DNA of 64,000 nucleotides from Planctomycetota bacterium. GTDB taxonomy: Bacteria > Planctomycetota > UBA11346. The notes under the pieces were generated by a model, which worked only from the letters and a program-made list of their open reading frames with translations, had not been told where the DNA came from and made no database searches. The stretch is taken from positions 1 to 64,000 of the forward strand of contig JBBRLJ010000019.1 of the NCBI GenBank assembly GCA_038231435.1, given 5' to 3'. Position 1 is the stretch's first letter. Each line of letters opens with the position of its first letter. The position numbers and the translations under genes are program-made. Positions 30,801-39,291 of the stretch are shown here, in pieces.

Positions 30801-31011
30801 CGCCGCCAGCGGAATCTTCGAGGGTTCCGTGAGCACGGCGCTGGCGCTCGACGAGCCGCTTCCCGGCGCGCTCGGCGTGTACGAGGGCGAGCGGGTGGAC
30901 GTGGTCTACATCGATCAGGCCCGCGCCAATGGCGCACGCGACGCAGAAGTCAGGGCCTCCGTCGCCTTCGCCTCAGCGGTGACCGCCAAGGCTGGCCGCG
31001 CCGACCGGTGA
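27886..31011 (+). CDS. TolA/TonB-like energy-transducer with CBM9-like (DOMON) sugar-binding and Ig-like C-terminal domains
   Basis: N-terminal TM with S-x3-H (YSIFAHV) and a long Ala/Glu/Lys helical stalk. Then KVDGDLGKW...RVAWS..GVFL...WDADVAEIWID...GWTLEARIP...ILGFN (CBM9-like) and VTDGDMNLDP...LEETAAASGIFEG. Start 27886 (GAGG RBS) or 27850. Confidence 0.7.
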   Translation: MDNAPASAATDSSSSRTDASSATAATAPTASFQPRRGIPVKPAQPWSSMRSSAILRRFVAYSIFAHVGAAAIWGLPSWLAHHAEHARAAEQQRLAEHFRAEEVKSKEHARESRIAKTRNEVREEMRKDLGKLVSGLPEKSRDELFTRVEDKTAKQASQLAEALGDPETPEQNLRNLETELRRDMVAELDHELTAGGARELADQFLDNVDSQVAPDLAAWMRSEIDATVAAKMKDEAAALIQQQREGAAKARDEATAQLREAITKGSAAAEAIKGGGDKAAQAEQDLAAADAAMLKAESAAAALGSSAEKAVGAAEAALSQAHAAVARAGAAAHSAQNTSGDAAAAAAAAADSSTAFVKEAQKARDAVAGDAGADRAAAAAAALRSAEAGLRAGVEKAFADDLAATTLPRLEKELKTAFAKELADDGLGDDAFAGEIAHEAAKRLEKSVPALAKVGDGVQARLDEAAHKPAGDAGAAAASAATADGAPGAAGTKDAQSAEGAAGAQGGRSGGGKARSASAGGDKPQSKPASGQKAALDQALAAGIGAIGSHAASGVGAVAGNAREDARMVARAGGKDGKGAGAAAALADMHDRVAAVARSMKNGRMGSAGGGTGIGGLRQGAVARGGGHRDEQAYKDISGKIAGRETVQGEHWAQQGAQGETAHAEAISGRPVPARVVGSPEPSAGSLALVNAEPYKPTFKSIAFISVPAVEGNFKVDGDLGKWQGIPAVALTPEGAEDKSPQSMRVAWSSAGVFLLFTIADPDHQLGKSEASNFWDADVAEIWIDAYNTKENHRARHSGQQFWIWPQGSASDPDLTGGESVMLKDGSYTPTAVRADKLERWATMTPAGWTLEARIPAASIADADLAPGRILGFNAYITTKTQTCWYWSAGKKVSTQSQPDTWGDLLLAGSDAKLTIGDGTDPSKTTAVVGEPVRITVTDGDMNLDPAARDKVMVTVKDGHGGQQIAVLEETAAASGIFEGSVSTALALDEPLPGALGVYEGERVDVVYIDQARANGARDAEVRASVAFASAVTAKAGRADR

Positions 31012-31082
31012 CAGGTCGGAGCACCGCTGCGTCCCGCGCATCCCATCCCGTCCGATCCCAAGAACGACCATCCTGGAGGCAC

Positions 31083-31187
31083 ATGTACCCGAGCGACCCG
31101 ATCCCATCGACCCTGGCCATCCGCCTGCTGGTAGCCCTGCTGCTGCTGGTGCTGACCCTGGCGCTGGTGTGGTCGATGCCGGTCTGA
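31083..31187 (+). CDS. Small hydrophobic peptide (34 aa), not in the ORF track
   Basis: MYPSDPIPSTLAIRLLVALLLLVLTLALVWSMPV; GGAGG at 31075-31079 (short spacing); codons mostly end in G/C. Confidence 0.45.
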   Translation: MYPSDPIPSTLAIRLLVALLLLVLTLALVWSMPV

Positions 31188-31209
31188 TGGCGACGAGGCG
31201 GCGGGCCGA

Positions 31210-31974
31210 TCAGATCGCGCGGTTGTCGGCTGCGTACGCGCGGTTCGGCCCACGCTCGGGCCCCTCGCGGAAATCGTGGGCCCATACCCCGCGGAACAGG
31301 CTCTGGCGCATGGGCGGCATGGCATCGATCAGCGCCGGATCGAGGTTCAAGCGGTGCCATTGCGCCCACAGGGAATTGTAGGCGCTGAAGATGGCGACGC
31401 GGTCGTGCTCGGGATCGCGCCATTGCGTGGCCGCGTGCAGCAGCGATTCGGAAAAGATGAAGGCCGAGCCCGCGGGGCATGAATACGATTCGAGATGGAT
31501 ATTGTCCTGCTCGCGCACGCTCGCGGGGAACGGGAAGTCGGCCTTGTGCGTCCCGGAGAGGAACTGCGTCCCACCCATGCCGGCGCGCACCGGATTCAGC
31601 TCCCACACCACCCGCGTCAGGCCCGAATAGATGCGGCCGTTGCGGCAGTGATAGGTCATCGGCCCGCCACGCCGTGCCGGCAGCACGACATGCGGGATGC
31701 TCGCGCCCCCTTTCCAGCCCACCGTTCGGATGCTGGTGAACGAGCTCTCGCAGCGGAAGGCGTGGCCGTCCGGATCGACGCCCTGGTCGGAGAGCACGTC
31801 CTTCAGCACGTCGACGATCGCCGGGTGATCGAGCAGCTCCTGCGCCGGTCCGGCGAAGGGCGAACCGCCGGAGAGCGCATGGCTGCGCACCGCCGCCGTC
31901 TCCGCCGTGGACAGCACTCCCGGCAGCATCAGCCAGCCCTTGAGGTCGAAGAAGAAGCGCTGCTCGTCGTTCAT
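31210..31974 (-). CDS. Phytanoyl-CoA dioxygenase (PhyH) family Fe(II)/2OG oxygenase
   Basis: EQRFFFDLKGWLMLPGVLS, LLDHP, GGTQFLSGTHK, AGSAFIFSESLLHA...R; GGAGG RBS. Confidence 0.82.
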   Translation of the reverse strand: MNDEQRFFFDLKGWLMLPGVLSTAETAAVRSHALSGGSPFAGPAQELLDHPAIVDVLKDVLSDQGVDPDGHAFRCESSFTSIRTVGWKGGASIPHVVLPARRGGPMTYHCRNGRIYSGLTRVVWELNPVRAGMGGTQFLSGTHKADFPFPASVREQDNIHLESYSCPAGSAFIFSESLLHAATQWRDPEHDRVAIFSAYNSLWAQWHRLNLDPALIDAMPPMRQSLFRGVWAHDFREGPERGPNRAYAADNRAI

Positions 31975-32100
31975 GCGGCCCTCCATCGCGGCAGCGACGA
32001 GCGTCGCCCATGCTGGTGGTGAACAAGCGGTCGAATCTCCCGTAATGGGATTTTTGTAGCTATATTATGCGCTTCCCAGGAAGCCTCGCCAGCCTACCGC

Positions 32101-32970
32101 TCAGCTGGAGACGCCGTGCTCGCGGCGGTAGGCGCCAGGAGTAGCGCCGAATCCGCGACGGAAACGCCTGATGAAGTAGCCGGCGTCGCTGAAGCCGCAG
32201 CCCGCAGCGACCGCCGATATCGGCACGTCGACGGTGCGCAGCATCGCCGCCGCGCGCTCGAGGCGCAGTTCGGTGAGCACCTCGATGAAGGAGCGGCCGC
32301 CCCGGGCGCGACACAGCCGCGACAGGTAGTTCGGGCTGAGCCCGAGACTGCTCGCCGCCTGCTCGCGGCCGATCGGCAGGTTGCAGTTGTCGTGCAGGTA
32401 CGCGAGCGCGAGGCGCCAGGTGCGATCGCCCTTGGATTCCGGAGCCTGAGGACGCGCCCCAGCAACGCGTAGCTGGTGAAGGAACGAGGCCACCAGGTAG
32501 CGCGCCGCCTCACCCTGATCGCCCTCAAGCACGCTGATCGCGTCCGCGGTCTGCCTGAGCGCGCCGTGCTCGGGCATCGGCACCTGGATCGAGGCCTCGA
32601 GTGTCAGCGGTTGGCGGATGTCCGCGCGACCATCGCAGCGGTTCCAGGTGACGCGCGCATGGCCGACACCGACGATCACGCCGAGGTGGCGATGCCGGGT
32701 ATGGAAGTGCGGCGCGAGCCAGGTGTCAGGCCGCACCACCAGCGCGTCGCCCGGCCCCATCACCCATCGCACCAGCGCCTGGCCGTCGCCGAAGGTCTCC
32801 TCCTTGGGACCCTCCACGCACACGATCAGGCGCAGGTTCGGGACCGGATGGACGGTGCTGCCGATCGGCGGCTGTGGGCGGGCGGCGTTGGCGCGCACCG
32901 TGCGCGGCAGTCCGCGCGTCAGCAAGCGATCGAGGCGCTCCAGCGCCGGGTCGAGGGTCTCCGCGGGCAT
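32101..32970 (-). CDS. AraC-family transcriptional regulator
   Basis: LSPNYLSRL...FIEVLTELRLERAAAML...ISAVAAGCGFSDAGYFIRRFRRGFGATPGAYR. Confidence 0.92.
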   Translation of the reverse strand: MPAETLDPALERLDRLLTRGLPRTVRANAARPQPPIGSTVHPVPNLRLIVCVEGPKEETFGDGQALVRWVMGPGDALVVRPDTWLAPHFHTRHRHLGVIVGVGHARVTWNRCDGRADIRQPLTLEASIQVPMPEHGALRQTADAISVLEGDQGEAARYLVASFLHQLRVAGARPQAPESKGDRTWRLALAYLHDNCNLPIGREQAASSLGLSPNYLSRLCRARGGRSFIEVLTELRLERAAAMLRTVDVPISAVAAGCGFSDAGYFIRRFRRGFGATPGAYRREHGVSS

Positions 32971-33082
32971 GGTACAAAGGATACTATTCGCCCATCTGGG
33001 CAGGGCCATCGCATTGCCATCCATAAGACCGCGTGATCATGCCACCGCGCGGCCCCGAGCGGCAGCGCGCCTTGGAGACCCC

Positions 33083-33982
33083 GTGAGCGAACGCGACCGT
33101 CCCGAGATCCTGGACGCGCACATGCACGCCTGGGACACAGGCCGCTTCCATATGGCCTGGGCGACGGGACGGGCCGGCTTCGCCGAGCGCCCCGTCTCGG
33201 CTTACCGCGTGGCCTGCGCCGCTACCGGTATCGTCGCCGCGATGATCGTCGAAGCCGACGTGGCCAGCCACGAGCGGCGCGGCGAGGCCGAGGACTTCTC
33301 GGCGCGCTGCGTCCGCGGCGAAGCCATCGGCGCGGTCGCCTGCCTGGATCCGCGGCGCGAGGATTTCGCCGCTGGCGCCAAGGCCCTGTCCACGCTGCCC
33401 GGCATCCGCGCGGTGCGCTGGATCGCCCGCACCGCGGCGGACACCGCGGATCTGGTCACCTCGCCGCGCGCGCGCGAAAGCCTCGAACTACTGGGCAGCC
33501 TCGGGCTCGCCTTCGATCTCAACGTGCCGCCGGGCGAGCTCGCGCGCGCCGCGCTGCTGGCCGCATCGGTCCCCGGTACGCGCATCGTCCTCGACCACTG
33601 CGGCAACGCCGATCCGGCGGCGTTCGGCTGCGCGCAGGCGCGCCCGCCCGCTCACGACGCGGATGTCTGGCAGCGCGGCCTCGATGCGCTCGCGGCGCTG
33701 CCGCATGTCGCCTGCAAGATCTCGGGCATCGTCTCAGGGCTCGCCCCCGGGACGTGGAGCGCGGGCGACCTCGCTCCGGTCATCGAACGATGCCGGGCGG
33801 CATTCGGCCCGCGCCGCATCCTCTTCGGCAGCGACTGGCCGGTGTGCACGTTCGCCGGCAGCCTGGTCCAGTGGCTCGACGCCGCGCGCGCGGCGATGGC
33901 CGATCGCCCGGCCGCGGAACGCGCGGCATTCTACGGCGGCAACGCGCGCCACTGGTACGCGCTGGAACCGTCAGCGCCGTAG
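33083..33982 (+). CDS. Amidohydrolase_2 family protein (sugar-lactonase-like)
   Basis: GTG start after GGAG. ILDAHMHAW, IVLDHCG, ACKISG, FGPRRILFGSDWPVC, GNARHWY resemble L-fucono/L-rhamnono-lactonases. Confidence 0.85.
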   Translation: MSERDRPEILDAHMHAWDTGRFHMAWATGRAGFAERPVSAYRVACAATGIVAAMIVEADVASHERRGEAEDFSARCVRGEAIGAVACLDPRREDFAAGAKALSTLPGIRAVRWIARTAADTADLVTSPRARESLELLGSLGLAFDLNVPPGELARAALLAASVPGTRIVLDHCGNADPAAFGCAQARPPAHDADVWQRGLDALAALPHVACKISGIVSGLAPGTWSAGDLAPVIERCRAAFGPRRILFGSDWPVCTFAGSLVQWLDAARAAMADRPAAERAAFYGGNARHWYALEPSAP

Positions 33983-33991
33983 CCGAGCCGT

Positions 33992-35782
33992 CTACCGGGT
34001 TCCGTCCGCCGGGGATGGCGGAACATCGTCGAGCACCGGTTCGGCGAGCCCCGCGAGCGGCTGACGTCCGGAAGCCTCGAGGTCGAACACCACCACCTCG
34101 TTGCGCCCGACGCGCAGCCAGGCGCCTGGCAGATAGGCGGTCTGCTGCGGGCCGATCGACCAGAAACGGCTGAGGCAATGTCCGTTGACCCACACCACGC
34201 CGCGTTTCCAGCTGCGCAGGTCGAGGAAGGTGTCGCCGACGCGCTCGAGCGTGAACCAACCGCGGTGGAACGCCGGTCCCGGGCGATCGCCGGATTGCCA
34301 GCGCAAGCGGCCGAGCATCGCGGCATCGAGCGGCAGCGGAAACGCCTGCCAGCCCATCAGGGTCAGGCCGCCGTATTCCACGCGCTCGGTGATGCCTTTG
34401 CGATCGAGCAGCTTGTGGCCGAAATTCACCCGCCCGGTGGTATCGACCAGCACATCGAGCCGCGCGCGTCCAGCGGATACTCCGACGAGCTTCACCGAAG
34501 TCTCGTGCTTGCGGCGATCCAGGGTGCCGGCGAGGCGGCCGTCGACATAGATCTTGGCGTAGTCGTGCGGCTCGACGATGCGCAGGTCGCCATCGCCGAG
34601 GCCGCCGATGTCGGTGCGGTAGAGGATCATGCCGTAGGACTGGCCGAGGGATTCCATCGGCACCGGCTGCGGCACCGCGATCGGCGCGGGCAGATCATCC
34701 CACAACGAGGCCGACTCGGTCAGCTCGAAACGCGGCACCGCCACTACCGGCTGCGCGGGCCGCGGCACCTGGGGCAGCGTCGTGCCGGCGGGCTGATGCA
34801 GTGCCAGGAGCTCGCGCAGCGCGTGGTATTTCGCGGTCGGTCGGCCGGCCTCGTCGAGCGGCGCGCGGTAGTCGTAGCTGCTCACGGTGGGCGTGTACTG
34901 CTCGTACTCGTTGGCCCCGGCCATGAGTCCGAACGAGGTCCCGCCATGGAACATGTAGAAATTGAACGAGGTGTCGTTCGCGAGCATCCAGCTGACCTCG
35001 GCCACTACCGGCGCGGGATCGTCGCTGCCGTTGCGCTTCGCGCCCCAGGCGTCGAACCAGCCCGCCCAGAACTCGCCGCACATGGCCGGCTGGCTGGGCC
35101 GCAGCCGCCGGAGTTCGGGGATCTGCTCGTGCGCGCGGCTGCCGAAATTGGCCACCGTCACCGCGCCCGCGACTTCGCCGGCCTTGAGCGCCTGCGGCTG
35201 CGCCCAATCGCAGGTGTACAGCCGGCCATCGAAGCCCGCCTCCTTGACCAATGCGACCATCGCGTCCATGTAGGCGCGATCATTGCCGAATGCGCCGTAC
35301 TCGTTCTCGACCTGGACCATGACCACCGGTCCACCGCGATGCCATTGCAGCGCCGCGCATTCGCTTCCCACACGCATCAGGTAGCGGCGCACGGCCGCGA
35401 GCCAGCGCGGGTCGGCGCAGCGCACCTTGATGTCGCGGGTCGCCAGCAGCCACGCCGGCAGCCCACCGAACTCCCATTCGGCGCAGATGTACGGCCCCGG
35501 TCGCAGGATCACCGCCAGACCTTCCTCGTGCGCCAGCTTCAGGAATGCGGCCACATCGAGCATGCCCGCGAAGTCGAAGATCCCCGGCGAGGGCTCGTGC
35601 AGGTTCCACGGCATGTAGGTGCTGACGGTATTCAAGCCCATGGCGCGGGCGCACTGCAGGCGGTGCCGCCAGTACTCGCGCGGAATGCGGAAGTAGTGCA
35701 TCTCGCCCGAGAAGATTCGGAACGGCGCACCATCGAGCAGGAAGTCGGACGTACCCACGGTGAAACTGCGCGTTGTTGGCAT
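33992..35782 (-). CDS. Beta-galactosidase, glycoside hydrolase family 35
   Basis: SGEMHYFRIP, YMPWNLHEP, LRPGPYICAEW, QVENEYG, EFWAGWFDAWG, NFYMFHGGTSFG, SYDYRAP. Start MPTTRSF. Confidence 0.95.
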   Translation of the reverse strand: MPTTRSFTVGTSDFLLDGAPFRIFSGEMHYFRIPREYWRHRLQCARAMGLNTVSTYMPWNLHEPSPGIFDFAGMLDVAAFLKLAHEEGLAVILRPGPYICAEWEFGGLPAWLLATRDIKVRCADPRWLAAVRRYLMRVGSECAALQWHRGGPVVMVQVENEYGAFGNDRAYMDAMVALVKEAGFDGRLYTCDWAQPQALKAGEVAGAVTVANFGSRAHEQIPELRRLRPSQPAMCGEFWAGWFDAWGAKRNGSDDPAPVVAEVSWMLANDTSFNFYMFHGGTSFGLMAGANEYEQYTPTVSSYDYRAPLDEAGRPTAKYHALRELLALHQPAGTTLPQVPRPAQPVVAVPRFELTESASLWDDLPAPIAVPQPVPMESLGQSYGMILYRTDIGGLGDGDLRIVEPHDYAKIYVDGRLAGTLDRRKHETSVKLVGVSAGRARLDVLVDTTGRVNFGHKLLDRKGITERVEYGGLTLMGWQAFPLPLDAAMLGRLRWQSGDRPGPAFHRGWFTLERVGDTFLDLRSWKRGVVWVNGHCLSRFWSIGPQQTAYLPGAWLRVGRNEVVVFDLEASGRQPLAGLAEPVLDDVPPSPADGTR

Positions 35783-35876
35783 GGCGGGATGATCAATCCG
35801 GTGGGCGGCTCCGCAAGCCGGCCGGAAGCCCGCAGACTGGCGCCGCTGTCGGCTGTAACATAGGGTATCCTCTGAT

Positions 35877-38800
35877 ATGGCGGGCACCTCGGACCAGCAC
35901 AGGCCTGCAGCGCGGATCTCCGAGTTCCGTCGCACCATGCGCGAGAGCGGCAACGCGCCTCCGTCTGAAGCTCCGCGCGTCTTTCCCGGCGAGACTCCTG
36001 GAAAGGCTTCCTCAGTCAGCCCGAACCATGCGAGCGCGCCTTCGGATGCAAAGTCCGAGACCAGCCCGCTCGGCCAGCCGACGATCGCAGAAGGCGCCAA
36101 GACCGAGTTCGTGTCGCAGCGTCGCACGCTGGACGAGACGGCGAAGCGCTACGATATCGACAGGCTGCTCGGAACCGGCGCCAGCGGCCAGGTCTACGCG
36201 GCCATGGACCAGGACCTGCAGCGCTCGATCGCGATCAAGGTGCTGGTGGGAGCCGAGGCAGGCGACGTCGACCAGTTCGTCGAGGAGGCGCGCATCACCG
36301 CGCTGCTGCAGCATCCGAACGTGCTGCCGATCTACGACATCGAGGTGAACAAGCGCGGCCAGACCTATTTCACCATGAAGAAGATCGAGGGCGGCTCGCT
36401 GGGCTCCGCAGTCGATCGCTCCACCAGCGAGGCGCGCGCCGACGAGATCGCGAGCATCAACGCCATCGTCAGCCTGTTCATCAACGTCGGCTACGCGCTC
36501 TCGTTCGCGCACTTCCACGGCATCGTCCACCAGGACATCAAGCCCGACAACATCATGCTCGGGAAGTTCGGCGAGACCTTGCTGGTGGATTGGGGCAGCG
36601 CCGTGAGATCGAAGTCCTCGTCCCGCGGCATCTATGGCACCCCGCTGTACATGAGCCCCGAGCAGGCGCGGCGCGAATACGCGGATTTCCGCAGCGACAT
36701 CTACTGCCTCGGAGCCAGCCTCTTCCATGTGCTGACGCTCAGGCTGCCGACCTGGGACGACGACCCGAAGGTCTTCTGGGAAAAGAAGAAGCGCGGCACC
36801 ATCGATCTCCTGAGCGGCGGTGAACGGAAACGAGTGTCGACGCCGCTCTTGGCGATCGCGGTCAAGGCGATGGCCGCCGACCCGAAGGACCGCTACCAGT
36901 CTATCGACGGGATGGTCGAGGATCTCAAGCGTTTCCAGGGCGGACTCGCGATCACCGCGTTGCGCGACACCGTGTTCGATATGCTCAAGCGCGGCTACCG
37001 CCGCAACAAGCGCGCGGTGCTGGCGTCCGCGGCTGCGCTGGCGGTGGTGCTGTCGCTGGGCGTCTACCTCTACGGCGAACGCCTCAAGGAGGTCGCGACC
37101 TGGGGAAGCCCGGTGATGCGTGAAGATTTCGCCGACGACTCATGGAAGACCTCGTGGAGGGTCATCGAGGGTTCGTTCGAGCGTCGCGACGGCATGCTCG
37201 TCGGTCTCGGGCAGGACGGGAACCGTCTGATGTACCCCAAAAAGGTTTTCGGCGACGTCGCGGTGGAATACGACGGCGAGATCCTCCCCGATTCCCACCC
37301 CTGCGACCTGTCTTTGACCTGGTTCCGCGATCTGGTCGAGACCGCCGATCCGGGGCATCCGAATCGTCTCGATGAGTGGAACGTCCAATTCGGCGCGTAT
37401 GACGGATCGTACACCGCCATCCTGCGTGAAGAGACCGGCAGTACCCGTCACCTCGCCTACAGCGATCTTCGTCCCGAGGTCGGCAGGCTCTACCACGTCC
37501 GCGTCGAGATCGCGGATGCGACCATCACCCTGGCGGTCGACGGCAAGCAGATCTGCCGCTATGTGCACACCGAGCCGCTCACTGGAGGTTACCTCGCCTT
37601 GTACGGTTACTATCCAGGCAAGGCCTTCGGTCACCTGCGCATCTACTCGCGCGGTGTTCCGCAGAAGGTCGCGACCACCGCCATCGGCGACGCCTTTCTG
37701 CAGAAGGGCGAGTTCGCGAACGCCGAGGAGGCCTTCGCCAAGGTGGTCTCCTCGCAGCCCGGAACCGCGCTGGCGGACGAGGCGGCGTACAAGCAGGGTT
37801 TCTGCAGATTCCGTTCAGGTCACCGCGATCAGGCCTTCGAGCTGTGGCGGGGCCTCGAGACATCGGCACGCTGGGGCGAGCTGATCGAGCTGCACCGCCT
37901 CGAAAACCTGTACCAGCAAGGCAGGCACGACGAGATGCTGCATGGGATGGAGGCGCTGTTCGCGGGATCCCGGGATCCCGAGACCCGGCCGCGCCTGGGC
38001 ATGCAGTGGTGCAACGACACCTACGACCTCATCGAACGCGCCGACGATGCGACGCTCGCCAAGTACCTCGCGTTCCACGACCGCGTCATCTCGGGCGAAC
38101 GCGCCACCGATCGCACCGCGGCCGATGCGCTGCTCGAGCTCGGCAGGTTCCAGGAGGTCCTCGACCGCTACCCTCGACAGGAGCGCGCCGGCGCGCTCGC
38201 GCTGGTCTACCAGGGACATTCCGAGGCTGTTCCGACGCGCTTCCCGACCCAACGGCCGCTGGTGAGATGGGCGCTGTGGGAATCGGGGCGGAGTTCGGAG
38301 CTCAAGGCATTCCTTGGCGACGTGCCGGAAAGCGCCCTGGCCGACGGACGAATCGCGCGTGGCGAGTTCGCGGACTACCTGACCGGCCCCGGAGCCAAGC
38401 CGATGGCACTGTTCGCGGCGGGTAGGCCCGAGGTGGTCCTTGCGACCCAGCCGGACGACAGCTTCCTGCGCAACCAGTCGCTGATGTTCATGGATCAGAC
38501 CGATCGCATCCCCGAGGCGGACGCCACCAAGGATGGGATGGTGCTGATGGAGCTCGGACGTCTGGATGAGGCGCGCAAGCTCATGGAGATCGGCGACGGC
38601 GGCGGGATCCTTCCGCGCATGCTCATGGGCCTCGAAGCCTATATCAGGGGCGACAAGGCCGCGGCCTGGCCCCTGATGGCGGTGCCCGCGAAGATGGAAT
38701 TCCAGCAGCCATCAACCGCGCGCGCCCACTTTCTGCTGACGCCATTCCTGGCCGAACTGGATGGCAGAGTGGATGCAATGAAGGCCAGCCGTGACCATCT

Positions 38801-39080
38801 CGCCGAGCACCGCTTCTGCTTCGAGCAGCATCCGTGGCACCAGATCCGCTATGTCCTCGGCGAGATCGATGCCAAGGCCTTCCTGGAGCAGCCGCACCGG
38901 ATCTTCGCACCGGCCCAGCTGACGTTATGCGATGCGCTCCGGCTGGAGCGCGCGGGCGACCGCGCCAGCGCGCTCGAGAAGTATCTCGCCTATCAGCGGA
39001 TCCCGAAATCGATGCGCTCCTACGTCTCGGATCCCTTCGGCGAACGCTTCGTGCGCTGGAGGATCGATCAGCTGCGCTGA
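35877..39080 (+). CDS. Hanks-type Ser/Thr protein kinase, paralog of 18421..21639
   Basis: LGTGASGQVY, IAIK, HQDIKPDN, LVDWG, GTPLYMSPEQ, a TM segment, GYLALYGYYPGK and TPR-like repeats. Confidence 0.9.
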   Translation: MAGTSDQHRPAARISEFRRTMRESGNAPPSEAPRVFPGETPGKASSVSPNHASAPSDAKSETSPLGQPTIAEGAKTEFVSQRRTLDETAKRYDIDRLLGTGASGQVYAAMDQDLQRSIAIKVLVGAEAGDVDQFVEEARITALLQHPNVLPIYDIEVNKRGQTYFTMKKIEGGSLGSAVDRSTSEARADEIASINAIVSLFINVGYALSFAHFHGIVHQDIKPDNIMLGKFGETLLVDWGSAVRSKSSSRGIYGTPLYMSPEQARREYADFRSDIYCLGASLFHVLTLRLPTWDDDPKVFWEKKKRGTIDLLSGGERKRVSTPLLAIAVKAMAADPKDRYQSIDGMVEDLKRFQGGLAITALRDTVFDMLKRGYRRNKRAVLASAAALAVVLSLGVYLYGERLKEVATWGSPVMREDFADDSWKTSWRVIEGSFERRDGMLVGLGQDGNRLMYPKKVFGDVAVEYDGEILPDSHPCDLSLTWFRDLVETADPGHPNRLDEWNVQFGAYDGSYTAILREETGSTRHLAYSDLRPEVGRLYHVRVEIADATITLAVDGKQICRYVHTEPLTGGYLALYGYYPGKAFGHLRIYSRGVPQKVATTAIGDAFLQKGEFANAEEAFAKVVSSQPGTALADEAAYKQGFCRFRSGHRDQAFELWRGLETSARWGELIELHRLENLYQQGRHDEMLHGMEALFAGSRDPETRPRLGMQWCNDTYDLIERADDATLAKYLAFHDRVISGERATDRTAADALLELGRFQEVLDRYPRQERAGALALVYQGHSEAVPTRFPTQRPLVRWALWESGRSSELKAFLGDVPESALADGRIARGEFADYLTGPGAKPMALFAAGRPEVVLATQPDDSFLRNQSLMFMDQTDRIPEADATKDGMVLMELGRLDEARKLMEIGDGGGILPRMLMGLEAYIRGDKAAAWPLMAVPAKMEFQQPSTARAHFLLTPFLAELDGRVDAMKASRDHLAEHRFCFEQHPWHQIRYVLGEIDAKAFLEQPHRIFAPAQLTLCDALRLERAGDRASALEKYLAYQRIPKSMRSYVSDPFGERFVRWRIDQLR

Positions 39081-39099
39081 CTCACGCGCTCGAGACCGA

Positions 39100-39291
39100 T
39101 CAGCGTTCGCCCCGGGGGTCGTCGTCGCTGTCGTCGGTCTGCTCCTTGTCGTTCTCCTCGATGCCCTCTTCCATGTCGGCGTTCTCGTCCTGCACGACTT
39201 CGATGAACTCGGTCAGCGCGTCGACGATGGCCTCGTTGGTCTTGAAGCCCTCGGCCTTCAATAATTTGATGATGTCCTTGTCGATGGCCAT
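39100..39291 (-). CDS. Small acidic hypothetical protein (63 aa)
   Basis: GAGGT RBS before MAIDKDIIKLLK; Asp/Glu-rich tail; coding-like codon usage. Confidence 0.7.
   Translation of the reverse strand: MAIDKDIIKLLKAEGFKTNEAIVDALTEFIEVVQDENADMEEGIEENDKEQTDDSDDDPRGER

Noticed and set aside
32048..32075. TTATGCGCTTC resembling a XerC dif arm
   Set aside because: The partner arm (GGATTTTTGTA) lacks the required TAA; more likely the promoter of the PhyH gene.
35865..35879. GTATCCTCTGATATG as another copy of the shared operator
   Set aside because: Only a partial half-site; it lacks the ATCA-N4-TGAT geometry.
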